A DNA stretch of 64,000 nt. Source: a virus (lineage: Duplodnaviria; Caudoviricetes). Positions 37,736 through 47,397 of this stretch are shown here, piece after piece. Location: the IMG/VR virus record IMGVR_UViG_3300020465_001196; one strand, given 5' to 3'. The notes under the pieces were generated by a model that had not been told where the DNA came from, did not search any database, and worked only from the letters and a program-made list of their open reading frames with translations. The translations under genes and the position numbers were made by a program. The first letter of the stretch is position 1. Each line of letters opens with the position of its first letter.

Positions 37736-39220
37736 ATGGCAACTAAAAAAATACAATCAATTACATCTTTAAAAAATGCTGTTACTGATGAATTAAAAAC
37801 TTTAGGCTTTGTAAAAAAATACGATAGTATATATGAAGCCGTTGTTATTAGTGCAAAAGATATACAAAAAAATGGTAGACTTGTAGTTAGATTAATTGGT
37901 GAAAATGTTAAAACAACTGATTTACCGGATGAATATGTAAAAAGTGAAGCACATTTAAATTTAACTGTCCGTTGGAGTTCTCCATTTGCTGGAGCAACAA
38001 ATATCAGTAATACAATTAAATCTGGACTATCTACATTACCTGGATCTTCTCCAGCTAGTGATCCTGATAAAGTATATGATGGTACACAACGAAGTTATGG
38101 TATGTGGATGATTCCACCTGATGTTGGAAACAAAGTTTTAGTTATGTTTATTGGTGGTGATTTAGCCAAAGGTGTAGTTGTAGGTTGTTTATATCAAAAT
38201 TTAATGAACCATATGGTTCCTGGTATTGCTAAATCTAGAACATTTACATCTGTAGAATCTGAATTAAAAGAAACTCCAACAGCAGAATATAATAAAGCAT
38301 CAGATATTGCTAGTGATGTAGATTACACAAAATCAAGATCAAGTGATGGGTTAACTCCAACAGATAATATTAAAAGAGCTGTACATACTCCGCACTATAA
38401 TGGTTTAAAAGAACAAGGATTAGAAGAAGATAACACTAGAGGATTAACAAGTTCATCAGCAAGACGCGAATCACCTTCAAAAGTTTTTGGAATATTAACG
38501 CCAGATGCAAATCAGTTTGTAATGGATGATGGTGATCAACAGTTAATTAGATTAAGAACAAAGTCAGGTGCTCAAATATTATTAGATGAAACCAATGGTA
38601 ATGTTTATATTATTAATAAAAAAGGTACTGGCTGGATTGAAATGGACGATGCTGGTAAAATAGATGTATGGGCAAATGACTCAATTAGTATACGTTCACA
38701 CAAAGATATTAATATAAGAGCAGACAGAGATTTAAATTTAGAATCAGGTAGAGATATTAATGTTAGGACTACACAAACAACTGCAACAGGACAGCCAAGT
38801 GATACTACTGGTATTTTGCCAGGAGTCAATGGTGCATTTAATTTAGATGTTGCAGGTGCTTTAAATATTAAAACTGTTGATGCAACAACAATAACATCAG
38901 GAAAAGAATTTCATTTACAATCATCAGCAAATTATCTATCTGCTATTAAAGTAGGTGATTCTTCGGGCAATACTGAAATTAATAGTGCAGGAAATCATCA
39001 TGAAACAGCATCAGCAATACATATGAATGGTCCTGCGGCAGTGGCGGCTACACCATACGGTGGATTAACTGCTAAAGTTGATACTGATGGAAATTTATTT
39101 TTTACAAATACTCTTTATACAAGAAATAGTGAAGATAAAAGAAATACTGAAAGAGTTGGAACTATCCTAACAAGGTTCCCAACTAGAGAACCTTTTGCTA
39201 GGCAAGAATATACAGATTAA
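37736..39220 (+). CDS. gp5: Baseplate central spike (gp5/VgrG-like OB fold plus short beta-helix, no lysozyme domain evident)
   Basis: GRL.V, SPF.G.T, SYGMW..PPD.G..V.V.F, G..S.SARRE.PS.VFG..TP, IRLRT..G.QIL. Confidence 0.75.
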   Translation: MATKKIQSITSLKNAVTDELKTLGFVKKYDSIYEAVVISAKDIQKNGRLVVRLIGENVKTTDLPDEYVKSEAHLNLTVRWSSPFAGATNISNTIKSGLSTLPGSSPASDPDKVYDGTQRSYGMWMIPPDVGNKVLVMFIGGDLAKGVVVGCLYQNLMNHMVPGIAKSRTFTSVESELKETPTAEYNKASDIASDVDYTKSRSSDGLTPTDNIKRAVHTPHYNGLKEQGLEEDNTRGLTSSSARRESPSKVFGILTPDANQFVMDDGDQQLIRLRTKSGAQILLDETNGNVYIINKKGTGWIEMDDAGKIDVWANDSISIRSHKDINIRADRDLNLESGRDINVRTTQTTATGQPSDTTGILPGVNGAFNLDVAGALNIKTVDATTITSGKEFHLQSSANYLSAIKVGDSSGNTEINSAGNHHETASAIHMNGPAAVAATPYGGLTAKVDTDGNLFFTNTLYTRNSEDKRNTERVGTILTRFPTREPFARQEYTD

Positions 39221-39829
39221 TTACCAACCAACACCAACTGGTGTTAGCATATATTGACCTTTATCGTTGGTAACTTGCATACCATTTTCAATTTTAACTT
39301 TAGGATCTTTCATAAGTTCCCATTTACCTGAAGCCGTTCTACAAGCAACACCTTCACTTTGTTCCATTCTTGCACCAATTTGTACTTCTTGGATAAAAGA
39401 ACGACAAGGTATTTGACCGTTTTGTATGTAGTAAGTTTCAGTTACCATTACACCACCTCTATGGCCAGTGTTTGGATTTTCCCAAGTAACAGGAACACCA
39501 TCTTTAGCATATTCAAATGCTCTATAGGCAACTTTTTCGTGTTTGACAGTTTCATAATGATCTAATTGAGCTCCTACGTTACGTCCCCAATGCGAACCAA
39601 GTATTACACCCAAAATAGTTGCGGCATCTTTACCACTTCCACTACCAAATTGATTACCAATTACACCACCAATAACAGCACCACCTAATGTGTAAGTGTC
39701 TGTTTTAGAAACAGTTTGTCCTGTTGTAGCCGTACAATTAGTTAGAAATATAACAGCAAATAAACTTGCTATTAGTTTTTTTATTTTATACATTTTATAC
39801 CTCTTCATATTCTTACTACTATAACACAA
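39221..39829 (-). CDS. Lipoprotein of the 17 kDa surface antigen (RT0821/Lpp0805-like, glycine zipper) type
   Basis: Basic N-terminus, hydrophobic signal and LTNC lipobox; GAVIGGVIG...G.G.GK.AAT.LG..LG glycine zipper; WENP.TG..G...CR.F.Q......GVACR...G.W. True start may be the internal MYKIKK. Confidence 0.82.
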   Translation of the reverse strand: MCYSSKNMKRYKMYKIKKLIASLFAVIFLTNCTATTGQTVSKTDTYTLGGAVIGGVIGNQFGSGSGKDAATILGVILGSHWGRNVGAQLDHYETVKHEKVAYRAFEYAKDGVPVTWENPNTGHRGGVMVTETYYIQNGQIPCRSFIQEVQIGARMEQSEGVACRTASGKWELMKDPKVKIENGMQVTNDKGQYMLTPVGVGW

Positions 39830-39845
39830 TATAGAAATCTGTCAA
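39818..39845 (-). promoter_or_regulatory. Sigma70-type promoter TTGACA-N16-TATAGT with TG extension
   Basis: Hexamers upstream of the lipoprotein gene. Confidence 0.65.
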
Positions 39846-39861
39846 CCAAAAAAAGCCATAA

Positions 39862-39898
39862 AAAAAGCCTGCAAAGTATAGACTTTTACAGGCTTTTA
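39862..39898 (-). terminator. Rho-independent terminator after the HTH gene
   Basis: Minus strand AAGCCTGTAAAAG-loop-CTTTGCAGGCTT followed by a T run. Confidence 0.75.
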
Positions 39899-39915
39899 AT
39901 ACTAAAGTGGCCTAA

Positions 39916-40179
39916 TTAGGCAACTTTTCTTTGCATAATACGATATTTTACCGCACTTCTTTTAGTATCTCTAGTAACAAATCTTAGTGATCTGATATCA
40001 AAACCGTCTTGTCTCAACTCACAAATTCTTGCAGTTGGTTTCATGATTTTGTATCTAGATACTAATGATTTATTAGTTACTGTAGATCCAGTACCCCAGT
40101 AATACTGTAGGATTCTCTGTTTTTGAGTACCTACTTTGTACTGTGAAGCACCTTTTTTAGTTACGTTTTGTAAACCCAT
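39916..40179 (-). CDS. Small winged-helix / HTH DNA-binding protein (likely start MGLQNV)
   Basis: GGAGA SD before the ATG at 40179; QKQRIL..., .ARI.ELR..G..I motif. Confidence 0.7.
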   Translation of the reverse strand: MGLQNVTKKGASQYKVGTQKQRILQYYWGTGSTVTNKSLVSRYKIMKPTARICELRQDGFDIRSLRFVTRDTKRSAVKYRIMQRKVA

Positions 40180-40256
40180 TTTATTCTCCAGTTCTAACAA
40201 GTTAAGTTTATGTATTACATAATAATACAGAAATTTGATTTTGTCAACCATTTTAT

Positions 40257-41549
40257 TTAGGCCACTATAAAGTAAAGTAAACTTACTGCCGCAATGGCCA
40301 TACTTCCTGAATTTAATTCAGAATGTTTGCCACTTAATGCTTTAATAACAACATAAGCAATAAATCCTAGTGCAATACCATAAGCAATATTAAAGGTTAA
40401 TGGCATAATAATTGCCGCCAATACTGCCGGTGCATATTCACTTACATCATCCCATTCAATATCCTTAAGATTTCTTAAGAAGTATGTTGCAATGAATACA
40501 AGTGCAGGAGCCGTTGCAAATGCTGGAATACTCTGCGCCAATGGAGCAACGAATAAACACAATGCAAACAACACAGCAACCGTTACTGCCGTTAGTCCTG
40601 TTTTACCACCTTCTTTAATACCTGCACCAGACTCAATGTATGATGTAGTATTAGAAGTACCTGCTAGTGCACCAACTGATGTTGCAACTGAATCGGCCAA
40701 TAATGCTCTGTCAATATCTTCAACTTCGCCATTCTTATTAACTTTACCAGTTAAGTTTGCAACACTTGTTAGTGTTCCTGCGGTATCAAAAAAGTCTACA
40801 AATAAAAATGCAAATGCGACTCCAATGAAACCTGACGTTGCAATTAAACTAAAGTCCATACTAAATGCATGACTTGGGTTTGGAATACTACCAACTACAC
40901 CGCCCATTTCTGAAATACCAAAAATCCAAGCGATAATACTTGTTGCAATAATACCAATAATAATTGCACCTGGGATACCACGTTTGTCAGCAATTGCCAT
41001 AATAGCAAAACCTAGTCCTGCTAATAGTACGGGCCAACTTGAAATATCTCCTAAGCCAACTAAAGTTGCCGGGTTATCAACAACAACACCTGCATTCTTT
41101 AAACCAATAATAGCAAGGAACAAACCAATACCTGCTCCTACTCCAAGTTTCATACTTCGAGGAATACTATTAATAATATACTTTCTTGCTGGTGTTATAC
41201 TTAAACCAATAAACACTATACCTGCAATGAATACAGCCGCTAATGCCTGTTGATACGTATAGCCCATTCCAAAAATAACACCAAATGCAAAAAAGGCATT
41301 TAGTCCCATTCCTGGTGCTAGTGCTACGGGCCATTTAGCCCAAAGTCCCATTATAAGTGTACCTACTACTGCCGCAATAATTGTTGCAGTAAATACAGCA
41401 CCGAATTCCATTCCGGTACCTTCAGTTGACAATATAGCAGGGTTTACTACCGTGATATATGCCATTGTTAAAAATGTGGCTAACCCAGCCATGATCTCAG
41501 TTTTCACTGACGTCTTGGCTTTTGCTAACCCAAATAGTTTTTCTAACAT
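40257..41549 (-). CDS. NCS2-family (AzgA/PbuG-like) nucleobase permease
   Basis: TEI.AG.ATFLTMAYI..VNP.IL, ALAPGMGLNAFF, DFFDTAGTL, YIES.AG...GG.TGL, F.IA.GIA.GFI.Y; about 12 hydrophobic segments. Confidence 0.95.
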   Translation of the reverse strand: MLEKLFGLAKAKTSVKTEIMAGLATFLTMAYITVVNPAILSTEGTGMEFGAVFTATIIAAVVGTLIMGLWAKWPVALAPGMGLNAFFAFGVIFGMGYTYQQALAAVFIAGIVFIGLSITPARKYIINSIPRSMKLGVGAGIGLFLAIIGLKNAGVVVDNPATLVGLGDISSWPVLLAGLGFAIMAIADKRGIPGAIIIGIIATSIIAWIFGISEMGGVVGSIPNPSHAFSMDFSLIATSGFIGVAFAFLFVDFFDTAGTLTSVANLTGKVNKNGEVEDIDRALLADSVATSVGALAGTSNTTSYIESGAGIKEGGKTGLTAVTVAVLFALCLFVAPLAQSIPAFATAPALVFIATYFLRNLKDIEWDDVSEYAPAVLAAIIMPLTFNIAYGIALGFIAYVVIKALSGKHSELNSGSMAIAAVSLLYFIVA

Positions 41550-41655
41550 ATTATTCTCCTTTATATAAAGATTAAATTATATTATAGCAAGTTTATTGAA
41601 AAATTACAACACACGATTGAGTTGTATATCCACACATTGTTGGCCAATGGTTATA

Positions 41656-41997
41656 TTAAGTTAATCCTTGAGTCCAACCATGTCCATAAAGTTCTTCTAT
41701 ATCAACATAATCAGATCCATACTTTATTCGGTCAACGTGTTTTTGCTGATGTACACAAAGCCTTTTATATTCAGCTAAATCTTCTATTTCTGAAATTAGT
41801 TTCATTGGACAAGGATCATTTAATATATCATCTAAATGTTTTATAGCACATAATCTTGTACTATATGCAATTATATCTTTTTTTGTTATACCTTCGGTTA
41901 AACAAGTTAGCAATATATTTTTTCTATATTTGTCAATTAAATTCGATAATTGTTTTACCCTCTTTGGATCAGGATAAGGTGGTCTTCCCTTTTTCAT
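41656..41997 (-). CDS. Hypothetical protein
   Basis: 113 aa ORF 2 nt downstream of the radical SAM gene on the same strand. Confidence 0.55.
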   Translation of the reverse strand: MKKGRPPYPDPKRVKQLSNLIDKYRKNILLTCLTEGITKKDIIAYSTRLCAIKHLDDILNDPCPMKLISEIEDLAEYKRLCVHQQKHVDRIKYGSDYVDIEELYGHGWTQGLT

Positions 41998-41999
41998 AA

Positions 42000-43520
42000 T
42001 TACTCCTCTTTATACTCTTGAGATCCTGGATTAGGTCCTTGCGGATTCATGACCCAACCTTCTGTTATGGCTCGTTTTTCTAATTCTTTTTTCATCATAT
42101 TACCTTTAGTTGAATCACCGTCAACTATATTTTGTAATTTTTGTAAATTTGTATCTGGTATTGATTTATACCATTTGACAACATCTTCTGGAAATGTTTT
42201 TTCAAATAATTTGTTTCTTCTTACATCATATTGTGAATAAAATGATTTAAAATCTCTTTCACGTGATTCAATTGAAGATGTACCTTGATGGCCCACTTCT
42301 ACTTCACGCAAGTAGTTTATTAATCTACTTACACCATCTTGTTCCATATCAAAAAATAACTCGTGCTTTTTTCCTACATTTTCTAACCAATTTTCTAAAT
42401 TATCTGCTAAACGTTTTTTAATATCTTGCGGTAACGTTACTGCTGATTGAAAACTTGGAAAACGTAATATGTTAAAGCTCATTGCAGGAGCAAATTGTCC
42501 ATAACGTTCTTTTAGTTTAATCATTTCGTCCATAAATTCTGTAATACTAAACAAGCACAATGCATTGATAGTCATCATCATGTGTAGTTCACGTACATTA
42601 CCTTGTTCCATCATTTTATGAATATTACCTAACCAAGTATCCCATATTAATCCATCACGTATATATTCTGCGTGTGATCCAAATGCTTCGTTTGATGTAT
42701 ATAAATCAAACTCTTTAAACGCATGGCTTTCTTTTGCTAGTCTATCTATTAGTTCTGGTTTAGTTCCTAAATTAGAATTTACTGCTAATCGTACATCACA
42801 ATCTTTGTTGCTTTGCCACCAATTTAGTAATCTCCAAAAGTCTTGCGACATAGTTGCTTCACCACCAGTTACTCTTAATTCTTGTAGTGTGTGTTGTAAA
42901 TCTGATTCCCACCATTTAAAGAAAGCATCTACATAAGGATTGCCTGCATTTTTCTTTCCATATGGCATTGCCCATTTACCATCTTGTTGAAATGCTCTTG
43001 CACCGTCTGATACTAAATTTTGATAAGCACCGCTTTTCTTTATATCATTTTGCCATTGTGTTGAGAAACTAGCATTACAATATGAACAAGCATAATTACA
43101 ATTGGCATCGAAAGCAATTTCTAATGTTTTTAAATTAACATCTTCTTGCCAATCCATTTCACTTGCTTCTTTAATTTGATCTTCTGTGTATATTACAGTT
43201 TTATAAACTCTATCAGAAACATTGTTAGGACCTAGGTCTTCAACTTTCCAACAATATTCACACTCTTTAGGTCTTTCACCACATTGCATTTGTTTACGTA
43301 CCATTTTTTTATATTTGGTATTATGTATTGCTTTTGGATTTGCTAATACTTCTTCTAATGGTATTTTATGTGCAGGTGGGTGATGACAACTTGCTGTTGT
43401 TCCGCTGTTTAACCATACAGTAGCATTATACCATTTGGCACCACACCATGATGTCGATATTGGGTTAATTACCCTATCTCTATACTGTTGGTATGTTTCG
43501 TCTTTACGTTTTTTTGTCAT
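42000..43520 (-). CDS. Radical SAM protein with N-terminal twitch/SPASM-like Cys cluster
   Basis: C.AKW....SCHH...ECEYCW; CNYACSYC; TGGE; NSN. Confidence 0.9.
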   Translation of the reverse strand: MTKKRKDETYQQYRDRVINPISTSWCGAKWYNATVWLNSGTTASCHHPPAHKIPLEEVLANPKAIHNTKYKKMVRKQMQCGERPKECEYCWKVEDLGPNNVSDRVYKTVIYTEDQIKEASEMDWQEDVNLKTLEIAFDANCNYACSYCNASFSTQWQNDIKKSGAYQNLVSDGARAFQQDGKWAMPYGKKNAGNPYVDAFFKWWESDLQHTLQELRVTGGEATMSQDFWRLLNWWQSNKDCDVRLAVNSNLGTKPELIDRLAKESHAFKEFDLYTSNEAFGSHAEYIRDGLIWDTWLGNIHKMMEQGNVRELHMMMTINALCLFSITEFMDEMIKLKERYGQFAPAMSFNILRFPSFQSAVTLPQDIKKRLADNLENWLENVGKKHELFFDMEQDGVSRLINYLREVEVGHQGTSSIESRERDFKSFYSQYDVRRNKLFEKTFPEDVVKWYKSIPDTNLQKLQNIVDGDSTKGNMMKKELEKRAITEGWVMNPQGPNPGSQEYKEE

Positions 43521-43521
43521 T

Positions 43522-44910
43522 TTATTGCTTACACAAATTATAAAATTCTTCTAATTCCGGAAAAGTTTTGCAGAAGTTTTTATTTCTTCGTTTATCATAT
43601 TCATCTACATATGATACAAAATCTTTTCGTACTTGTTTTATATTTAATCTCTCTTGCGGATTGGGTCCTGCGGCAATGTACTCTTGAAATCGTCTTAATT
43701 TAGCAATTTCAAAATCAAAGAATCCTTTATATGCGTTATCATGTGTTTCTGCATTTTCTAACATAATTTGTACAGAAGGATCAAGCATTTTAGAATAACT
43801 AGGATCAGCAACAACACCACTTAGATAACTAGGATGTCTTAATATTGCTGTATCTAATGTTATTGGTACTCTACGTTCATTGCTATAAAATTCTCTTTTT
43901 AATGGATGTATTATATCTACAAGTTTATGAAAGTTTGGTAAACTTAATAAACCAGTTGTACACATTATTGTTACTTTTGTTTTTGGTAACTCTGTTAATA
44001 CACGACATATATTATCGTACCATTGATTAAAATCTAATCCATCTCTAATATATTCTGCCTGTTCGCCAAATGTATCTACACTAGTGTACAATCTTGTTAA
44101 ACCAATTTTATCATCTAATGTAATACGTTTCATTTTTTCAATGTATTGATCAAAAAGTTTATCTGGTACACATCCATTAGAGTTAATTGCTAATTCTAAT
44201 TCTGGTCTTGGATTATTATTAATATAATCTAAAACTTTAAATGTGTCTTTGGTTAAAAGAGGTTCCCCGCCTGTGATACGAAAAACTTGGAGGTTTTTAT
44301 ACAGGTCGGGAAACCATTTCCAGAATGCGTCAACATAAGGATTATGTTCACGATGAGGAATCGGTAATTTGCCTTCTTTTCGAAGCCATTGTAAATTATT
44401 AAAGTTATCACTTGTAGGATATGCACCCTGTGATTCAATTTCTTCCATCCATGAACTGCTAAATGCAGGTGAACAGTAAGAACATTTTAAGTTGCATACA
44501 TTTGAAAAACTAACCTCAACATAAGTTGGATTAACATTTTCTACACCAACCATTTCAGAAGTTTCTTTTAAAAAAGGTTTAGCCCAGTACTCATGTGATT
44601 TAGAACTTCTATCGCTATAATGTTCTGGACCTAAATCTTCTACGTTCCAACAATACTGACATTCAGGTGGTCGTACACCTTTTAACATCAATTCTCTTTG
44701 TGATTTTTTATACTCTGTGTTATGTAAAGCACTAGGATTATTTTTTAATTCTTCAATAGGTACTTTGTGTGTTCTAGGATGATGGCAACTATGCGTGTGT
44801 CCATATTGCAAGTGTATCGTTGATTGATACCACTTTGCTAGACAGAAACTTGGAGATACAGCATTTAGTTCATCTCTGGTTTGTTTAATCTTAGGTACTT
44901 CATCTGTCAT
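43522..44910 (-). CDS. Radical SAM protein, paralogue of the adjacent gene
   Basis: CLAKW...HSCHH...ECQYCW; CNLKCSYC; ITGGEP; NSN; SVD. Confidence 0.9.
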   Translation of the reverse strand: MTDEVPKIKQTRDELNAVSPSFCLAKWYQSTIHLQYGHTHSCHHPRTHKVPIEELKNNPSALHNTEYKKSQRELMLKGVRPPECQYCWNVEDLGPEHYSDRSSKSHEYWAKPFLKETSEMVGVENVNPTYVEVSFSNVCNLKCSYCSPAFSSSWMEEIESQGAYPTSDNFNNLQWLRKEGKLPIPHREHNPYVDAFWKWFPDLYKNLQVFRITGGEPLLTKDTFKVLDYINNNPRPELELAINSNGCVPDKLFDQYIEKMKRITLDDKIGLTRLYTSVDTFGEQAEYIRDGLDFNQWYDNICRVLTELPKTKVTIMCTTGLLSLPNFHKLVDIIHPLKREFYSNERRVPITLDTAILRHPSYLSGVVADPSYSKMLDPSVQIMLENAETHDNAYKGFFDFEIAKLRRFQEYIAAGPNPQERLNIKQVRKDFVSYVDEYDKRRNKNFCKTFPELEEFYNLCKQ

Positions 44911-45917
44911 TTTAACACTTTGTAACGAGTAATTCCGTCAGTTCCTTTCTCTGTCACGAATGCTCCAGAGCGAGGTGGATTCCAATAAACTTTTTTGAAA
45001 AATGCAGAACCTTCTGCACTTAAATCATCTATTTGTAATCCAAGTTTACTTCTTAATTCTTTACCAAGTCTAACAGTTTCATTCCAAAGTTTATCTTTAT
45101 CCCACTGATACTTTTCATGATGGCAAGTTTCATTGCCGCCTGCAAATTGTGGTTTAACTGTTTCATTCCAGAATTTAGTATGCCATTCAAAATCTCTTAC
45201 ATTAACAAAATCCCAATCTGTGCAATTGGTCATATAACAACCAAGTCTTGTACCGTACAATGCCCATAAACCATTTTCAACATCCATTCCAACTGATGCC
45301 CAAATTAAAAGTCTATGATAATTTTTATCATGTATATTCTTTTCAAAGTTAACCGGATCTACTTTAAATCCTCTGTCTAATGACATCTTAACACCTTCTC
45401 TAAACCCTGCTCTGTATGCCTGATAAGGTGTTGCATTATTATATACGTGTGAAAAGCATTCATTTAATTGTATGTAATTCATATCCCAACAAAAATCTAC
45501 TGCTGATCCTTCTGATTCTGCGGCTTCATGTGTTTTCATATCAAGTACTGCTTGTTTAGGCCAACACTTAATACCACCATTACCATACATTAATCCATTA
45601 ATGTTATTATAACCTGTAAAAGATATTACGGATTGATTTAAATTTTCTAAATCATAATCAGAAAAATCAAGTTCTAAGTCCATTAGTTTTTCCCAATTAA
45701 CCAATTTATTATCACCGTCTACAGTAATAAATCTATTAGTATCACTTCTGTTTGCACAGGCTTTATGTGCCGCATCTGATCCTTCAACACCATGCGTATG
45801 TTTTGCCCATGGCACTTTATTTACAATATCTGCCCAATGTTCTTTGTAATTAGGTTCATCATAAGACAGATAAAATATATCAATATCTGCAATTTTTATT
45901 TTTTTATCAGCACTCAT
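44907..45917 (-). CDS. GT-A-fold glycosyltransferase-like protein
   Basis: DIFYLSYDEPN, GVEGSDAAHKACA, FITVDGDN (DxD), GNGG.K.W, RAGFREGVK. Confidence 0.7.
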   Translation of the reverse strand: MSADKKIKIADIDIFYLSYDEPNYKEHWADIVNKVPWAKHTHGVEGSDAAHKACANRSDTNRFITVDGDNKLVNWEKLMDLELDFSDYDLENLNQSVISFTGYNNINGLMYGNGGIKCWPKQAVLDMKTHEAAESEGSAVDFCWDMNYIQLNECFSHVYNNATPYQAYRAGFREGVKMSLDRGFKVDPVNFEKNIHDKNYHRLLIWASVGMDVENGLWALYGTRLGCYMTNCTDWDFVNVRDFEWHTKFWNETVKPQFAGGNETCHHEKYQWDKDKLWNETVRLGKELRSKLGLQIDDLSAEGSAFFKKVYWNPPRSGAFVTEKGTDGITRYKVLK

Positions 45918-45920
45918 TGT

Positions 45921-46550
45921 TTATATCTCCACCATTAAATAATCATCATAAATTCTTCTCGTGTATACATTACAAGTATTTAACTCTCCTGTGTAACTGG
46001 CTGTTAACTTATCTTGTGTAAGTAACTGTACAACAGGTACATAATAACTTGCAAATAAATCATGTGGGTCACCTGTTTGTGTTATAAAGAAGTTTAGTAT
46101 ACTTGTTCCATTTATTACAAGCATTTCTGGATTAGTGAACTTTTGTTGTTTACCAGTAAGTTGATACTTACTTGCCATATATGCTTTTAGTGTAGGATTA
46201 AATTCAAAAGTAACTGTTTTTTCTTTTTTATTATGTACAACTCTAATATCATAACTTAAATCATCATCTGTTCCTGATCTAATTTTATGTAAAGTTTTAT
46301 CAATTTCACGTATGTTTAAATGTATTTCTTTTTTCTTAATTGTAAAATCATCTGGATCTTTTGGATTTAATTCTATATAATACTGTGATTGTACTTTTGT
46401 ACCATCAACAAATTCTTTTATGTCATCAAACTCAACTTCATAATAAGGATGTATTACAGAACTATCAACTTCTCGAACAATTTTAACAATGTCTTTTGTT
46501 TCTAAATCATAATATAATATTCTAGACGTTGACATATACTTGCTCCTCAT
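45921..46550 (-). CDS. Hypothetical protein
   Basis: 209 aa ORF inside the glycosyltransferase operon. Confidence 0.6.
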   Translation of the reverse strand: MRSKYMSTSRILYYDLETKDIVKIVREVDSSVIHPYYEVEFDDIKEFVDGTKVQSQYYIELNPKDPDDFTIKKKEIHLNIREIDKTLHKIRSGTDDDLSYDIRVVHNKKEKTVTFEFNPTLKAYMASKYQLTGKQQKFTNPEMLVINGTSILNFFITQTGDPHDLFASYYVPVVQLLTQDKLTASYTGELNTCNVYTRRIYDDYLMVEI

Positions 46551-47397
46551 ATCTTTTTATAATTTCATCTGTAAGGAAATTCTTTGTAACATAATGTACT
46601 GGTAATGTTTGTTGATAGTTTCCAATTTTTAATCTACAATCTGGTGTAAAGTAAGCCCCAATATGTTTAGTCCAATCTTCTGTTGAACCTGATTTCCAAT
46701 TTTGTAATCTTGCTTTCATGTGAACAAATGTTGGACAAGTTACTGCTGGATTTGTTGATTGTTCTACAATGTCTAACATTTTCATTGCCATTGCATATAC
46801 AACATCAGCACTTAAAAACTCTTGTTTAGGTAATACTAATGCTGTGTCTCTATAATATTCCCAACGTCTAAATATATCTTCAACAACACTAAAGTATTCA
46901 TTTACCATATTTGATTTTTTATTAAAATAGAAAAATGCTGTATATACATTTGGTAGCATATTTGGTCCAAATGTTTTTCTGTAATGGTTATCAATTATTG
47001 TTTCACCTCGATATGTTTGAACGTTTGTTGTTGCCATCATATCCCAATGTGTAAAGTATTCCCACCAATGGCTTAGGTCTGTCATAAACAACATATCAGT
47101 ATCTAGTATTACTGTTTGCTCATAAGGTGTGCAATGGTAGTATTTCCATTTGTTGTTAATTTTCCAATCTGCCATTTGAGCGTCATCTTCAAAAGGTAAT
47201 TCAATAACTTCATCAAATACTGCTCTATAATGTTCTGGTACATCTGATTTATTAATAACAGCAATAGATATATTTTTAATTTGTGATTGTGTATGCTTAA
47301 TACTTAATGCTAATGCATAAGCCATACGTACATAATTAATAGATTTTCCATCTGCATCTTTAGAATTCTGTGCTATTACCAAATAACCTTGTTTCAT
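46522..47397 (-). CDS. GT-A-fold glycosyltransferase (GT8 / mannosyltransferase-like)
   Basis: Y...A..LA.SI, NK...Y..TPYEQTVILDTD (DxD), NVYTAFFYF.K. Confidence 0.72.
   Translation of the reverse strand: MKQGYLVIAQNSKDADGKSINYVRMAYALALSIKHTQSQIKNISIAVINKSDVPEHYRAVFDEVIELPFEDDAQMADWKINNKWKYYHCTPYEQTVILDTDMLFMTDLSHWWEYFTHWDMMATTNVQTYRGETIIDNHYRKTFGPNMLPNVYTAFFYFNKKSNMVNEYFSVVEDIFRRWEYYRDTALVLPKQEFLSADVVYAMAMKMLDIVEQSTNPAVTCPTFVHMKARLQNWKSGSTEDWTKHIGAYFTPDCRLKIGNYQQTLPVHYVTKNFLTDEIIKRYEEQVYVNV

Noticed and set aside
41550-41655. Purine riboswitch upstream of the NCS2 permease
   Set aside because: The leader is about 30 nt and AT-rich, with no three-way junction or conserved purine-aptamer sequence.
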